A DNA stretch of 55,689 nt, filler included, from Catajapyx aquilonaris (Eukaryota), in assembly GCA_000934665.2 (NCBI GenBank). It is 3 parts of 3 records of this genome, joined end to end, with 100 filler letters (N's around TTAATTAATTAA, not from the genome) between each part and the next. Parts side by side here need not be neighbours in the genome. Positions count along the whole stretch, not along the records: positions 1 to 18,592 come from KZ539576.1; 2 more parts are not named here. One strand, written 5' to 3'. Under the pieces are notes generated by a model. It saw only the letters and a program-made list of their open reading frames with translations. It ran no database searches and had not been told where the DNA came from. Both the position numbers and the translations under genes were made by a program. This document shows positions 1 through 10,800 of the stretch, one piece after another. Position 1 is the first letter of the stretch; each line of letters opens with the position of its first letter.

Positions 1-168
1 ACCGGAAACCCCCAGACCCCACCAGGAGCAGGTGGGACCTCCCCGTGCCCCCCCCAGATGGCACTGGGGGAAACCAGGGAGGGAGACAACCGCGACAACA
101 TATTGCACTGTGGAAGAGAATTTATTAGGACCTATAGTAGAGGCCATAACTGTATGTGAACTTTTCAG

Positions 169-470
169 GTGTCATATCTGGCTACATTTGGTGGCGACAG
201 CATACCAAGTGCAACAGGGAATATATTGGCACGAATGGTGACAGATGAAGTAGCAAAGGTTACGAATTTGACTGGGCTGCATGATAAATTTTCATTCAGA
301 AATGCGCACTTCTTCCGAGCCATTCGGGGTAAGTGTACAGTATTTTTATATGCGCCTACATGCAGTTGTTGATGATGATTGTCTTTCCAGATGCAGTTGC
401 AGTATCTGCAAAAGATGATACCATCACCGAGAAGCAGATCTTGTCTGCCAGTGGCAAGTGGATAAAGGGG
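169..470 (+). pseudogene. Spliced accessory ORF fragment of the adjacent transposon (DUF4806-like)
   Basis: Acceptor ttttcag|169, donor G|GTAAGT at 328/329, acceptor ttccag|391. The joined frame reads SYLATFGGDSIPSATGNILARMVTDEVAKVTNLTGLHDKFSF...IRDAVAVSAKDDTITEKQILSASGKWIKG, which resembles from memory the small accessory proteins of animal CMC-type elements. Confidence 0.45.
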
Positions 471-1364
471 GCATTCATAATGATGACACCTTTACATGTC
501 GTACCTGTTGTTCTCAATTATTGTCTTTTCAGATGCAAGCAGCTGCTTCTCGTGCCAGCCATAGGCCTGACAATGCCTAAAAAACGGACCAGCTATCAAT
601 ACCGGGCTGTTCAGAAACAGGTATCAGAAGACCTCCTGTCAATTGCGGAGAGTTTTAAGAGGTCAAAGACAGACAACTGCTCTCCTGTAAATATATCACT
701 ATCTAATATACCCCGCACTAATTCCAATGCAGTCAGCACCAGCAATGCAATTCAGTTCACAAGTGACTGCAGGAGTTGTGAAAGTGAGCAAGAGGATCAG
801 GTCATTGTCATGTCAGAAAGTGGAATCAGTGAACATAACATTCATCCAGATATAGATTGTGTGGCAGTCAAACAATTTTCTAATAGTCCTGCAACAAATG
901 TGGAGCTTGCAACTGATCTTCAGCAGTTGTTTGTGAAGCATAAAGTTACAGTGACTTTTCAGAGAGATTTACTGAGAGTATATTGAGAATACATGGCCAC
1001 GCTAATGATTTGCCCAAAGATCCCCGAACACTGATGCGTTGTCCTAATTCAGTAATTTCTGATGCAAAAGTCAGGGTCGTTGAAGGTGGAAAATTCTTTT
1101 ATTTGGGCATCACATATGGAATTATTCGTGCCATCAAAAGGGGAGCAATTGACCAGCACAAAACTGAATTTTCTTTAAAGATAAATATAGATGGCATTCC
1201 CATAACAAAAAGTTCTAATACACAATTCTGGCCTATACTGTGTATAGTAAATGAATCCAAAAGTATATGACTCCTTTTGTGGCAGGGGTTTATTGTGGGT
1301 ATAGCAAACCCCAGAATATTAATGAATATTTGGACGAGTTTGTAGCTGAAATGAAGGCAATCAT

Positions 1365-1658
1365 AGGGGGCGGCATGGTGGTCTAATGGTTACGCCGTTG
1401 GCCAGCCAAGCGGGAGGCCGGGGTTCAAATCCCGTCCCCGTCACCTCTGCTTGGCCGGGTCTTTTTCCGCTTTTCACCCGACATGCCGGGGCAGAATTGC
1501 ACTCCCTATCTGCCCGGGGCCAGTAGAAAAGGCCTGGTGTTTTCATAAGTCAGAAATGACTAAAAATTTCAGCGCCCTCCCTAGGGAACCACCCCCTTCC
1601 CCCCTAAGAGAGCCACTGGCTCTATCACGGGGTAAATTAAATAAATAAATAAATAAAT
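1365..1658 (+). mobile_element. tRNA-derived SINE inserted in the transposase
   Basis: A box TGGTCTAATGG, B box GGTTCAAATCC, (TAAA)n tail, perfect 16-bp TSD AAATGAAGGCAATCAT at 1349-1364 and 1659-1674. Confidence 0.92.
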
Positions 1659-1727
1659 AAATGAAGGCAATCATTACAAACGGGGTATCTGTGGGAAATG
1701 TCACATACAAACTTAATGTCACAAAGT

Positions 1728-2336
1728 CAGTGACGTATTTAGCCTTTTGCCGCCCCTAGGCATAACCTTATCTGCCCCCCCNCCCCCCACTCCTGTCTGT
1801 TTTTTAGGTCCGAGATTGGGGAAATTCCTCAATTTGCGGATTTCAAGGCCAAATATCTCGAAAATTGTTGTTTCAAATTATTTTGAAGTTTTGGTGATTC
1901 AAGTACTTAGCAAAATCCAGTGAATTTCATCTTGGGGGTTATACATTTTCTATGCCGCTCCAAGGTGAATCGGCCGATGCCCAGGCAAGTAAGGGTGAAA
2001 GTCGCCTGTATAGATCCTGCACAGATCCCCACTGTCCTAGGGGGGAAGGGTGCACGCGACTTTCGCCTTACTGGTCTCGAGCATCGGGCGAAATTCATCT
2101 TGGGGCGTCACATGAACGGTGACGCCATAAAGTCTTGCATAAAGTACATATTTTCGCACGCGTCAAAATTTTCTCCTCGATAAATTTTTTCGCCTTCATG
2201 ACATTTAATGTCATGGAGGCGGAAAATTTTATCGAGGACAAAATTATCTTGACTCTAGGGCGGCAAATTTTGCCGCCCCCTAAAATTTGCCGCCCTAGGC
2301 ACGTGCCTACTTGGCCTAATTGGTAATATGTCACTG
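1728..2336. mobile_element. Non-autonomous hAT element (MITE)
   Basis: TIR CAGTGACGTATT / AATATGTCACTG (1 mismatch), 8-bp TSD CACAAAGT at 1720-1727 and 2337-2344, subterminal TTTGCCGCCCC motifs. Confidence 0.9.
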
Positions 2337-3329
2337 CACAAAGTGCTTCTTTGTATGTGATGCACCAGCGCGTGCCTTCCTTAAGGGAATTAAATCTCAT
2401 AACAGTCGGTTTGGGTGTGAAAAATGTAATGTTGAGGGTTCTTATCTTGGACGTACGATATTTAGCAATTTAGATGCACAGTTGCGAACTGATGAGAGTT
2501 TTCTGGCTCAGACCAATGAAGAACATCATGATAAAATATCTCCCTTGACTGCCCTGCCCCTGGGCTTAGTGACGCAATTCCCTCTAGATTATATGCATCT
2601 CATTCTATTGGGTGTGATGAGGCGACTAATGAAAACTTGGTTGCAAGTGCGGATGATTGCTGCAGCAAGTACTACTTAGTCCAAGTTGCTTGAAAGTATG
2701 GTGCAATTCATTCCAAGTGATTTTGCACGAAAACCAAGGACCCTGAAATTTGTGGATCGATGGAAGGCAACAGAATGGCGGTTGATGTTGTTGTATGTGG
2801 GACCAGTAGTTTTACGTTCAGTGTTGCCAGCCCATTTGTATCGGCACTTTCTGCTGCTATCAGTTTCGACATATATACTTGTAAAGCCGAAATTTGATAT
2901 GCAGGTGTGCCGGTATGCTGGGGCTTTACTCTAAGAATTTGTCGGGCTTTGTAAAAAATTGTATTCTCCTGAAGTGCTGGTGTACAATGTGCATTCCTTG
3001 ATACACCTTGCAAATGATGCAATGCGATTTGGGCCACTGGACTCATTCAGTGCCTTCCCATTCGAGTCCTTTTTATGTAAAATAAAGAAATTGGTGAAAG
3101 CTCCACATCATCCCCTGGAGCAATTGCTAAGGTGTATCAGGGAAGAACTTTTCTTTCTGCAGGATGGATATGATCAGTTAGGATGTAAAGAACAGATGTT
3201 CAAACTAGATGGCAAACATGATAATGGCATTGTGTCACATTATTTTGAAAACTGTACTGATGTAGAGCAATTTCAGAAATTGATATGCCAGAATGATTGT
3301 GTCATAAATTGTAAAAAAGAAGCAGATAG

Positions 3330-3614
3330 GACTTCCATCGGTTGTTCAATGATAACCTGGACCTCACCTTCAAGTTCCTGAGAGATGATCGCTACATGCA
3401 GTTCCTGCGTCACTTGAAGGTGACCCGAGCTGAAGATGAGAAGAGAGAGGCTGAAGTCCTAGAAGATGAAATACTCACTCTGGACAAGCTGTCTGCAATA
3501 TTTCACTTCTGGAAGGTGGGACTTCTGGTATCGCTGATCATATTTGGTGTCGAAATTGCCTGCCGTAAAAAATCGAGTTATAAAAATGCGCCCACCTTCC
3601 CCTTTTTAAAGTAA
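3330..3614 (+). pseudogene. Orphan C-terminal fragment of a divergent ionotropic receptor (pre-M3 and M3)
   Basis: Reads ILTLDKLSAIFHFWKVGLLVSLIIFGVEIACRKK, the typical IR last-TM pattern (compare LHMEHLSATFYFWTTSMVFAFMVMLGE in the IR at 35.4 kb). It abuts the truncated transposase. Confidence 0.7.
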
Positions 3615-3776
3615 ACACTGCCTGGTACCCACCAACAATATCATAAACCTTAGAGCACCTATGCAACAATATGTCCTGTAACTGTGAAGCATCCTGTACA
3701 CAATAATAAAATTAAATCATAAGGACTCACAGTCAGTGTTGCCTAATGCCGTTTAATGTGTATGTGCTGAGGACTA

Positions 3777-3997
3777 CACTGTAAACCGCAAAACATTAAA
3801 AAAGCATCACTGGTGAGTCTCTCATGAAACATCAATTTCTAATGCTCTTCTAATGCTCTGCTGATGCTCTTGTGATGCTTTTTAGCAACAAAAAAGCATC
3901 ACAGGAGCATCACAAGAGCATTAGAAGAGCATTAAAAATTGATGTTTTATGAGAGACTCACCAGTGATGCTCTTTTAATGTTTTGCGGTTTACAGTG
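3777..3997. mobile_element. Palindromic MITE with CACT...AGTG termini and TA flanks
   Basis: CACTGTAAACCGCAAAACATTAAAA...TTTTAATGTTTTGCGGTTTACAGTG. Nearly the whole 221 bp folds back. TA at 3775-3776 and 3998-3999. Confidence 0.85.
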
Positions 3998-4183
3998 TAC
4001 CCATTCTATACGTGACAACAGATGAACATAATTTTAAAATCCGTTAAGATATTTATCATTATTAACATAAGCTCATATAGGAATGAGTTATTAATATTTG
4101 GAGGCAGCCAATCTAGCACACTTTTTCAAACCCCGTCCTTAGACCATTTGGGGAGGGGGGGGGGGATGCCATAAATATTGTTG

Positions 4184-4512
4184 ACAGGTATTATTCCATC
4201 CAAATCTATTTGCTGAGCACTCAATGGCACTCAGAATGATTTCAGCAGCGAAGCAGGCAAAGTCCTCTTCCATTGCCCTTTGGACACACTCGATCATTCT
4301 AGTGCGCTTTTGCAGCCTCGCCTGTAGCTTGGTGTGGTAGCCAACTTCTGACAGTTATGAGCAGCATGGAGACGTACTGCGAGATCCACGACCCCCCATT
4401 CCCAGCCTGGCGTCGAAGCCAGCTCCTTCATGCTCATTGGCAGCTTCTCTTCTTCAGGAGCCACCAGAAAGGTAAAAAACTTGGTCTCGTTATCTGCAAA
4501 CCAGGACGTCAC
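4184..4512 (-). pseudogene. Frameshifted paralogous copy of part of IR exon 2
   Basis: Collinear nucleotide similarity to 8201-8530 (KFFTFLVAPEEEKLPMSMKELASTPGWEWGVVD vs KFFAFLVSPEEEKLPMSMQELAATPGWEWGVMD), with a 4-bp deletion near 4378 and a 1-bp insertion near 4224. Confidence 0.85.
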
Positions 4513-4578
4513 AATTTCGGCTTACCATTTTATTTATCGATTGCATATCCTGTACTTGTACATTCAGAAAGAACATTC

Positions 4579-4645
4579 AGAAGTGGTACAGTGGTTAGAG
4601 CCACAGCCTTCCGCCTCGGAGGTTCCGGGTTCGATTCCCGTTTAA
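4579..4645 (+). mobile_element. tRNA-like SINE head or tRNA pseudogene
   Basis: TGGTACAGTGG (A box) and GGTTCGATTCC (B box) at tRNA spacing. No closing acceptor stem, and no TSD found. Confidence 0.55.
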
Positions 4646-5069
4646 GAGAGGCTGAATATTTCTTTTGTGGAAAGAGTTACGATTGGTTTTCTTGGCAATC
4701 CTGTGACGTTTCCTCCCACATTCAAAATCCTATAATACAGTTGTGCAGCCATGACTATGGATAATATGTACCTTCTTCACTTCTTGCACAGACAGTGAAT
4801 GATTTTGTAATAGATTTACTGGACACACATTGTGACATTGTCCTGTAGTGACATTATACGCACATATGACTTTACTGATTACGTGTTGTCGTCATAATGC
4901 GTGACATAGTGCATGGCTTAAATAATATTGCGCACATTTCTTTTACGGTGAGCTTGCTACAGTACACATTACATCACAATTCTCAAAGAAACGGCAGTCA
5001 ACGTTGACAGGAGACAATATTATAATAGTGCCTATAATTATACACCTTTAGCAATAGATTTGACACTAA

Positions 5070-5950
5070 CAAGGGAAGTGTCTGTAGGGCCATCGGCCAA
5101 TCGGCCCGAAAATGACACTAGGGGTGAATCGCAGGCCAGAAATTCATTGGTGAAAGTAAAAAGTCGCATTAGCCAAGCGTTTTCGAGATATGGGCGACTA
5201 TAGGTGCCCGGCAAACCTGCTCGGTGACAATGTGGCGCATTCGGCAGAAGGAATTATAAACAGTCTTCGTGGCTCAGTCGGTAGCATATTTATAATTTTC
5301 GCCCTGCCCGGGTGTTTAGCAACACTGCAAACAGGTTGACGTTGATATTTCGCTTCTCTCATTTGTGTCCTTGTCAACTCGCAATAACTGCTCAATGAAA
5401 CCGCAACCATAAATGAACGCGTGTACATCGTAAACATATAATTACGAAGGGACACGAATAAGTTATTATTATTTACTGAGCTTGTGACTATTCATTTTTC
5501 CGAATATGAAGCCATGGAGAGAGTAGGTAAGCATCGGCAGAAGAAAAAAAAAAGTAATGCACTTCCCAGCAAACTGTTTATTTATTCCTGTTGATTGCAA
5601 AAGGGAAGATATGCGGTGATAAACGGTGTTGGGTAAGAAAGAAAAGGAAAACGATGCTCCGAGACGAGAGAGGGAGGGGGGAAAAAAAAGTCGCTTCCCG
5701 CGGACTTGAACGCGGAGACTTCGGATCATGACGCGCTACCGGCTGAGCCACGAAGACTGTTTATAATTTCTTCTGCCGAATGCGCCCCATTGTCACCAAG
5801 CAGGTTTGCCGGGCACCTATAGTCGCCCATATCTCGAAAACGCTTGGCTGATGCGACTTTTTACTTTCACCAATGAATTTCTGGCCTGCGATTTACCCCT
5901 AGTGTCATTTTCGGGCCGATTGGCCGATGGCCCTACAGACACTTCCCTTG
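5070..5950. mobile_element. Non-autonomous DNA element with ~216-bp TIRs and TAA flanks
   Basis: 5070-5285 is the reverse complement of 5735-5950 with few mismatches. Termini CAAGGGAAGTGTC...GACACTTCCCTTG. TAA at 5067-5069 and 5951-5953. No coding interior. Confidence 0.9.
5682..5757 (-). ncRNA. tRNA-like Pol III unit inside the long-TIR element
   Basis: Minus strand GTCTTCGTGGCTCAGCCGGTAGCGCG...CCGCGTTCAAGTCCGCGGGAAGCGAC followed by T8, giving A box, B box with T-arm-like hairpin, and terminator. No canonical anticodon arm. Confidence 0.55.
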
Positions 5951-6054
5951 TAAGTTTAATAAATCACATGAATTCTTGGCCTAAACTTCAACTTTCAAGG
6001 CTCGACAAATTAATGCGGTTCTAACGTCTCAGTGGTGACGTTCTCTTCTATATA

Positions 6055-6245
6055 CACTCTAAGAAATGTCCGGGTTAAATGTATTTATCCCGGAAAAAAG
6101 ATCACTTTTGTCATGGTTATTTAACCCGGACATTTCTTAGAGTGTATTATACATTTGTTAGAGTGTATGTCCGGGTTAAATAACCATGACAAAAGTGATC
6201 TTTTTTCCGGGATAAATACATTTAACCCGGACATTTCTTAGAGTG
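6055..6245. mobile_element. Compound palindromic MITE with CACT...AGTG termini
   Basis: A 90-bp unit at 6055-6144 has its own TIR (CACTCTAAGAAATGTCCGGGTTAAAT) and is followed by an inverted, 5'-truncated copy ending at 6245. TA flanks all termini. Confidence 0.85.
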
Positions 6246-6273
6246 TAGCAGGATCTTTCCTCTGTCCACTGTT

Positions 6274-6517
6274 ATCTTCACCAGCGACACTCCGGGAATC
6301 TCTTGATGGTAAGGACTGAAGCCCTCTTTTCCCGGGCGAAGAGGCGTGGCCCCTCAATCTTCTTACATTAATAACAACAAGGACATAAAATTCAAGTAGC
6401 TCTGATTTAATATTGGTACAATAAAATAATCACCGTATATATTTGATACGAAAGCAATTCTTCTGTTCGGTGCTCATGCCTACTTACATTGCGCTGTTTC
6501 ATTTTGTATTGTGATAC
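6274..6517 (+). repeat. Diverged local duplication, copy 1 (copy 2 at ~7312-7698)
   Basis: Shared collinear blocks CACCAGCGAC..GGGAATCTCTTGATGGTAA, CCTCAATC.TCTTACATTAA, AAAGCAATT and TGTTTCATTTTGTATTGTGATA. Confidence 0.75.
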
Positions 6518-6537
6518 TCTTATAGTACTTTGTATAA

Positions 6538-6684
6538 GGGCCAGTTGCACCGGCCTCAGTATAACTTTAAACCTCGGGTATAACAAGAATTGTCATAGCA
6601 ATCATTGTTGACCAAAATGATTGCTATGGCAATTCTTGTTATACCCGAGGTTTTAAGTTATACTGAGGCCGGTGCAACTGGCCC
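6538..6684. mobile_element. PIF/Harbinger (Tourist-like) MITE
   Basis: 147-bp near-perfect palindrome with GGGCCAGTTGCACCGGCC termini. TAA TSD at 6535-6537 and 6685-6687. Confidence 0.9.
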
Positions 6685-6720
6685 TAAGTGTATATAATAC
6701 TGGAGTGGCGTACCATTTGG

Positions 6721-6790
6721 ACAACAACAACAACAACAATAACAACAACAACGACAACAACAACGACAACAACAACAACAACAACAACAA
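6721..6790 (+). repeat. (CAA)n microsatellite, imperfect
   Basis: Directly visible. Confidence 0.95.
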
Positions 6791-7393
6791 AATGGGAATT
6801 GGTTATCAGGAATTGTTGCTAGGTGATGTTTTCATTATTTTAAACAAATGACAAGTAATGATGGAAAAAATAGGGGGTAAAAAATGACAACTCCTATCCT
6901 GTCGCTAGTGTAGCAGGTGGAACTGTGGGGTTCTGAACATAGATCCGCAGCATCCTACTGCGCATTCGGCTCTTTGAAGGAGAAACCGAATTCCGAACAG
7001 TTATTGAGCAAAAAAAATAAAAACCAATTTTTTAAGTGGTTTTAAATATTTTTTTCGGCGTTTTGAAGAGGAGTTCAGGTTAGATGTAAATAGTATGAAT
7101 TCACTTCACGGGCGGTGGGGATCTGTGTTCAAAATTTCGAAGCTCTACCTGCAGGGGAATTTGAGTTACGGCGAATAAAAAAGGGCAACAACAAGAAGAA
7201 GTCGGAAAAATTCATTGTTATTGTTGTACGGTCTTACTTAGGGGCCACCGCCCCTAAAATACGGTTCCAATGTCTCATCAGTCAGCATCAGTTCCTTCTG
7301 TCATATCGTTGTCATCACCAGCGACCCTATGGGAATCTCTTGATGGTAACCCTTGGACTAAAGCCATTTCCTTCCCCTGCGAAGAGTCTTGGT

Positions 7394-7504
7394 CAGGGAT
7401 GGAAAAAGTACCGCTTCCTTCCAAGAAGCGCTTCTTTTTTCCATGTGCAGGGATAGAAAAAGAACCGCTTACCGCCCAAAGAAGCGGTTCTTTTTCCATC
7501 CCTG
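7394..7504. mobile_element. 111-bp hAT MITE
   Basis: TIR CAGGGATGGAAAAAG / CTTTTTCCATCCCTG. 8-bp TSD GTCTTGGT at 7386-7393 and 7505-7512. Absent from the paralogous copy near 6345. Confidence 0.92.
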
Positions 7505-7850
7505 GTCTTGGTTCCTCAATCGTCTTACATTAACAACAAGACGACATAAACATCAAGTATAGTTCTGATTACAGAATTGTACAATACAATCATTGTACTG
7601 TATTTTACACCAAAGCAATTTTTCTGCTCATGTCAGTGCCAATGCATACTTATACACTACATTCTACATAGAGCAATGTTTCATTTTGTATTGTGATAAA
7701 TGAACTACTGTGGGGTACCGTATGTCGCTTAGGCCTTACAATTTGAATGATTAAGTGCTGATATAAGGAGCATTTCCTTACTGCCATAAAGGTGTGCCAA
7801 TGACATGAATGACACTAGTAGCTTTCGAATTCCAGCTGTCTTATTAATTT

Positions 7851-10800
7851 TTAAGAGGTATTCACTACCAATTCTTCATTTCTCTTCCCGTATCTGTATT
7901 TCAACAGCTCGTAAATGAAAACCCCGAGAGCAATGGTCATGATGGCGCAATGTGCCACCAAAGGAGTCTCGAACTGACTTATATTCAGAGCCATGGAGGT
8001 TTTGTAAGACAGGTTTTTCTTTCGTGCCGATCTGAGGGAGAGCAACATCAAGCTATACTCAAAAAGAGAAAAGTAAAGCTCGCTCAGCAACCCAGACGCT
8101 TCTAATTTGTACTCGTATCTCTTAAAGGAGTGCTCCATGACTGAATACTTGTTCGTCGCGCCACCAGTATAGCTTGTCAGGGACAGGTCATAGATGATTT
8201 TGGCAGGTATTATTCCATCCAGATCCATTTCCTGAACACTCATGGCACTCAGAAGGACATCAACAGAGAAGCAGGCAAAGTTCTCTTTCATCGCCCTCTG
8301 GACACACTCGATCATCCCAGCGCCCAACTGCATCCGCGCATTTATGTCGCTGTGGTAGCCAACTTCTGACAGAGAGAGCGTCGTGGAGATGTACTCACTT
8401 GCGATATCCATGACCCCCCATTCCCATCCCGGAGTCGCAGCTAGCTCCTGCATGCTCATTGGAAGCTTCTCCTCTTCAGGGGACACCAGAAAGGCAAAGA
8501 ACTTGGCCTCGTATCCGCAAACCAAGATGTCACACGCGAGGGCCCAGACACATATCAGCACGCGAACAGAGGTGGCCGTCGGGATGAGGTCGGGATTCGC
8601 TTCGATCAGACCCGAAAAGGCGAACCTAGAGGGCATTAATAACAATGAACATTAATATAATATCAATAATAATTAATAACCATTTAGTTAATACTGTATA
8701 AAAATTATGCATTGCCGTACATGATTTCAACCTTCAACCTGTCAGCAGTGTAAAGTAAGCTGAATCACTGCAAACCTATACACGTACGATAGAAGACTAA
8801 CGCGAACTCTAACGCTTAGTGAATAATTTGATCGCATTGATGTATAGGACTGAAATGGACGGATGACGGAGCTCCCAGTATTATTGGAACGGAACAAATT
8901 AAAATACCGGTAAAGTAAACTGTACTGAATCAATATTACCAGGCATATAAAATGATTAATCATATCGTGCTGCTCAATATAGACCTACTGCAGTTGCTTA
9001 TTGTATATGTACGTATGTATAGGTTAGCAACAAATGAAGCTCTTTTTAAAAAAAATCAACAGTATATTAGGCCTATGTCAAAAAATGTCACTTCTATCCA
9101 GACACAAAAAAACCTTCTCGGATTTCCAAAAGAGGATTTTCGTATAATTATACGTATCTAAAAAAAATGTGACACGAAGTTTATATCCGCTAGTGTAGCA
9201 TAGGCTAATGTTGGAAAATTCCAGACGGATATGGACATAATATCGTTCGCACGTAAAACTGTAAAAGGTGGGATAATGATGCACAATATTCCACTTGTCA
9301 TAATAATTCGTACAAATTCGTGATATCCATTATCAGAGAATACGATTGTCTTCTACAAAACCCTCTTCACACCCACTACTCTTGTGATTTCATCCGTCAT
9401 CTGGAGTAAGTGGGATCCGTAACTGATGAGTAGAGTGTAAAGGAGGGTACAGGAATTCCCCGGTTTACGAACAACTTACGGCGATCAGTATACTTACGAA
9501 CGGGCTCCCAAGTCTCCTCAGACAGAAGAATAATTTATAATATTATCCCTCCACTTTAAATCACTTCTGGCCGTTCTGGGTCATTCCATTGCAAATCACC
9601 AAGCTCCCGCGTATATACCCTTGGGTTGTCAGATCATGACGAAAATCGGCCGATCGGTCTAATGAAATCCCTGAAGAATACCATTTGCGATGTTTTTCGG
9701 AGATACGACTACCGAAAAAACGGCCTTGTCAGCCTTTTCGTAAACTAGCGTCTCAGAAATCCGGTCATATCTCGTGAACCAATTGAGATAAAGACGTCTA
9801 TGACCACTCTGTTTGAAGGGATTCGAGAGCCCAATCCACCTGAAACATTAAAAAAAAACGAATTTGATCTTTTTTGACAGTTTTGTCCAATTTTGAAAAT
9901 TGTGATTTAAAAAAGTACAAATTTAAAAACATGATTTTTGAATAATCATGTTACAGTTCAGACCCTTTCCTTGACATAGAAAAATATGCAAGTAGTAGTT
10001 TTTCCACTTAAGATAAATTTCATTTGAAGGAACGTATGTGCGCCAGAATTACACCGGGCACCAAATCCCATGTCGTTCCTGTTGGAAGCAAAATAAGAAA
10101 TAAGTTCAAACCAAACCTTTTAAGACTAATTCGACCCCGCTGATTTCGAAAATCGATGTTAGAGCCCCGATTTGGGATTAGGGTACCTGTGACTCACAAA
10201 CAACATGGCGTCCAGGGTTACGGCATTTCTCAGAATGACAAGGAACTCGCATAGACCCTGTGGCAAGTGAGGTCGAGTGAGGTATTGTTTTAGAGGTTTT
10301 TTGAATCGCTAAGGTCAACCCCAACCACAAATTACTCAAAGTCATAATATGAAGTCACCAGAAGTCTAAAATTTGAAATGGCAGGTAGTAGTGTTATACG
10401 GACATGAAAAGTCTAGTTTATAATACCTAAGACTGTCACATAATACGCTGTGTCTAGAAATATTAGTAGTCCCTAATAAAAATTATGGCAAATAGGCTAC
10501 ATAGCAAAAAAAATCCTAAGTAGTGACTTATTTAAGAAGCTACTTTTGACACTTTAAAACTGCCTGTTTGTTATTAGACATAGGCAAATAATAGACAAAT
10601 AACTTGAAACCGGTGTTCAGTGAATCGAAGACACAGTTTTGCTCTTTTGTACGAGAAGTGACCTGGTCAAATTTTCATGAATCTGTGGCAACCAGGAGTG
10701 TCCACTGAGGCGGCCGTCCCATTGGTCGATATCACTAGCCAATATATGNNNNNNNNNNNNNNNNNNNNNNNNNNNNNNNNNNNNNNNNNNNNNNNNNNNN

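Larger units (their letters stand above)
573..3328 (+). mobile_element. Decayed CMC/EnSpm (CACTA-like) transposase gene
   Basis: Ordered motifs LPKDPRTL, INIDGIPITKSSNTQFWPIL, PFVAGVYCGYSKP, FVCDAPARAFLKGIKSHNSRFGCEKC, FPLDYMHLILLGV, PSDFARKPR, RWKATEWR, YNVHSLIHL, GPLDSFSAFPFES. Disrupted by a frameshift near 1265, stops at 2677 and 2932, and two insertions. Removing each insertion plus one TSD copy restores the frame (EMKAIITNGVSVGNVTYKLNVTKCFFVCDAP). Confidence 0.85.

Noticed and set aside
1365..1445. Functional tRNA genes here, at ~4579-4645 and at ~47990-48065
   Set aside because: The cloverleafs are imperfect. Two are heads of TSD-flanked SINEs and the third lacks an acceptor stem.
9448..9510. 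Tc1/pogo-like left end (TA-CAGGAATTCCCCGGTTTACGAAC)
   Set aside because: No matching right TIR was found, so boundaries cannot be supported.
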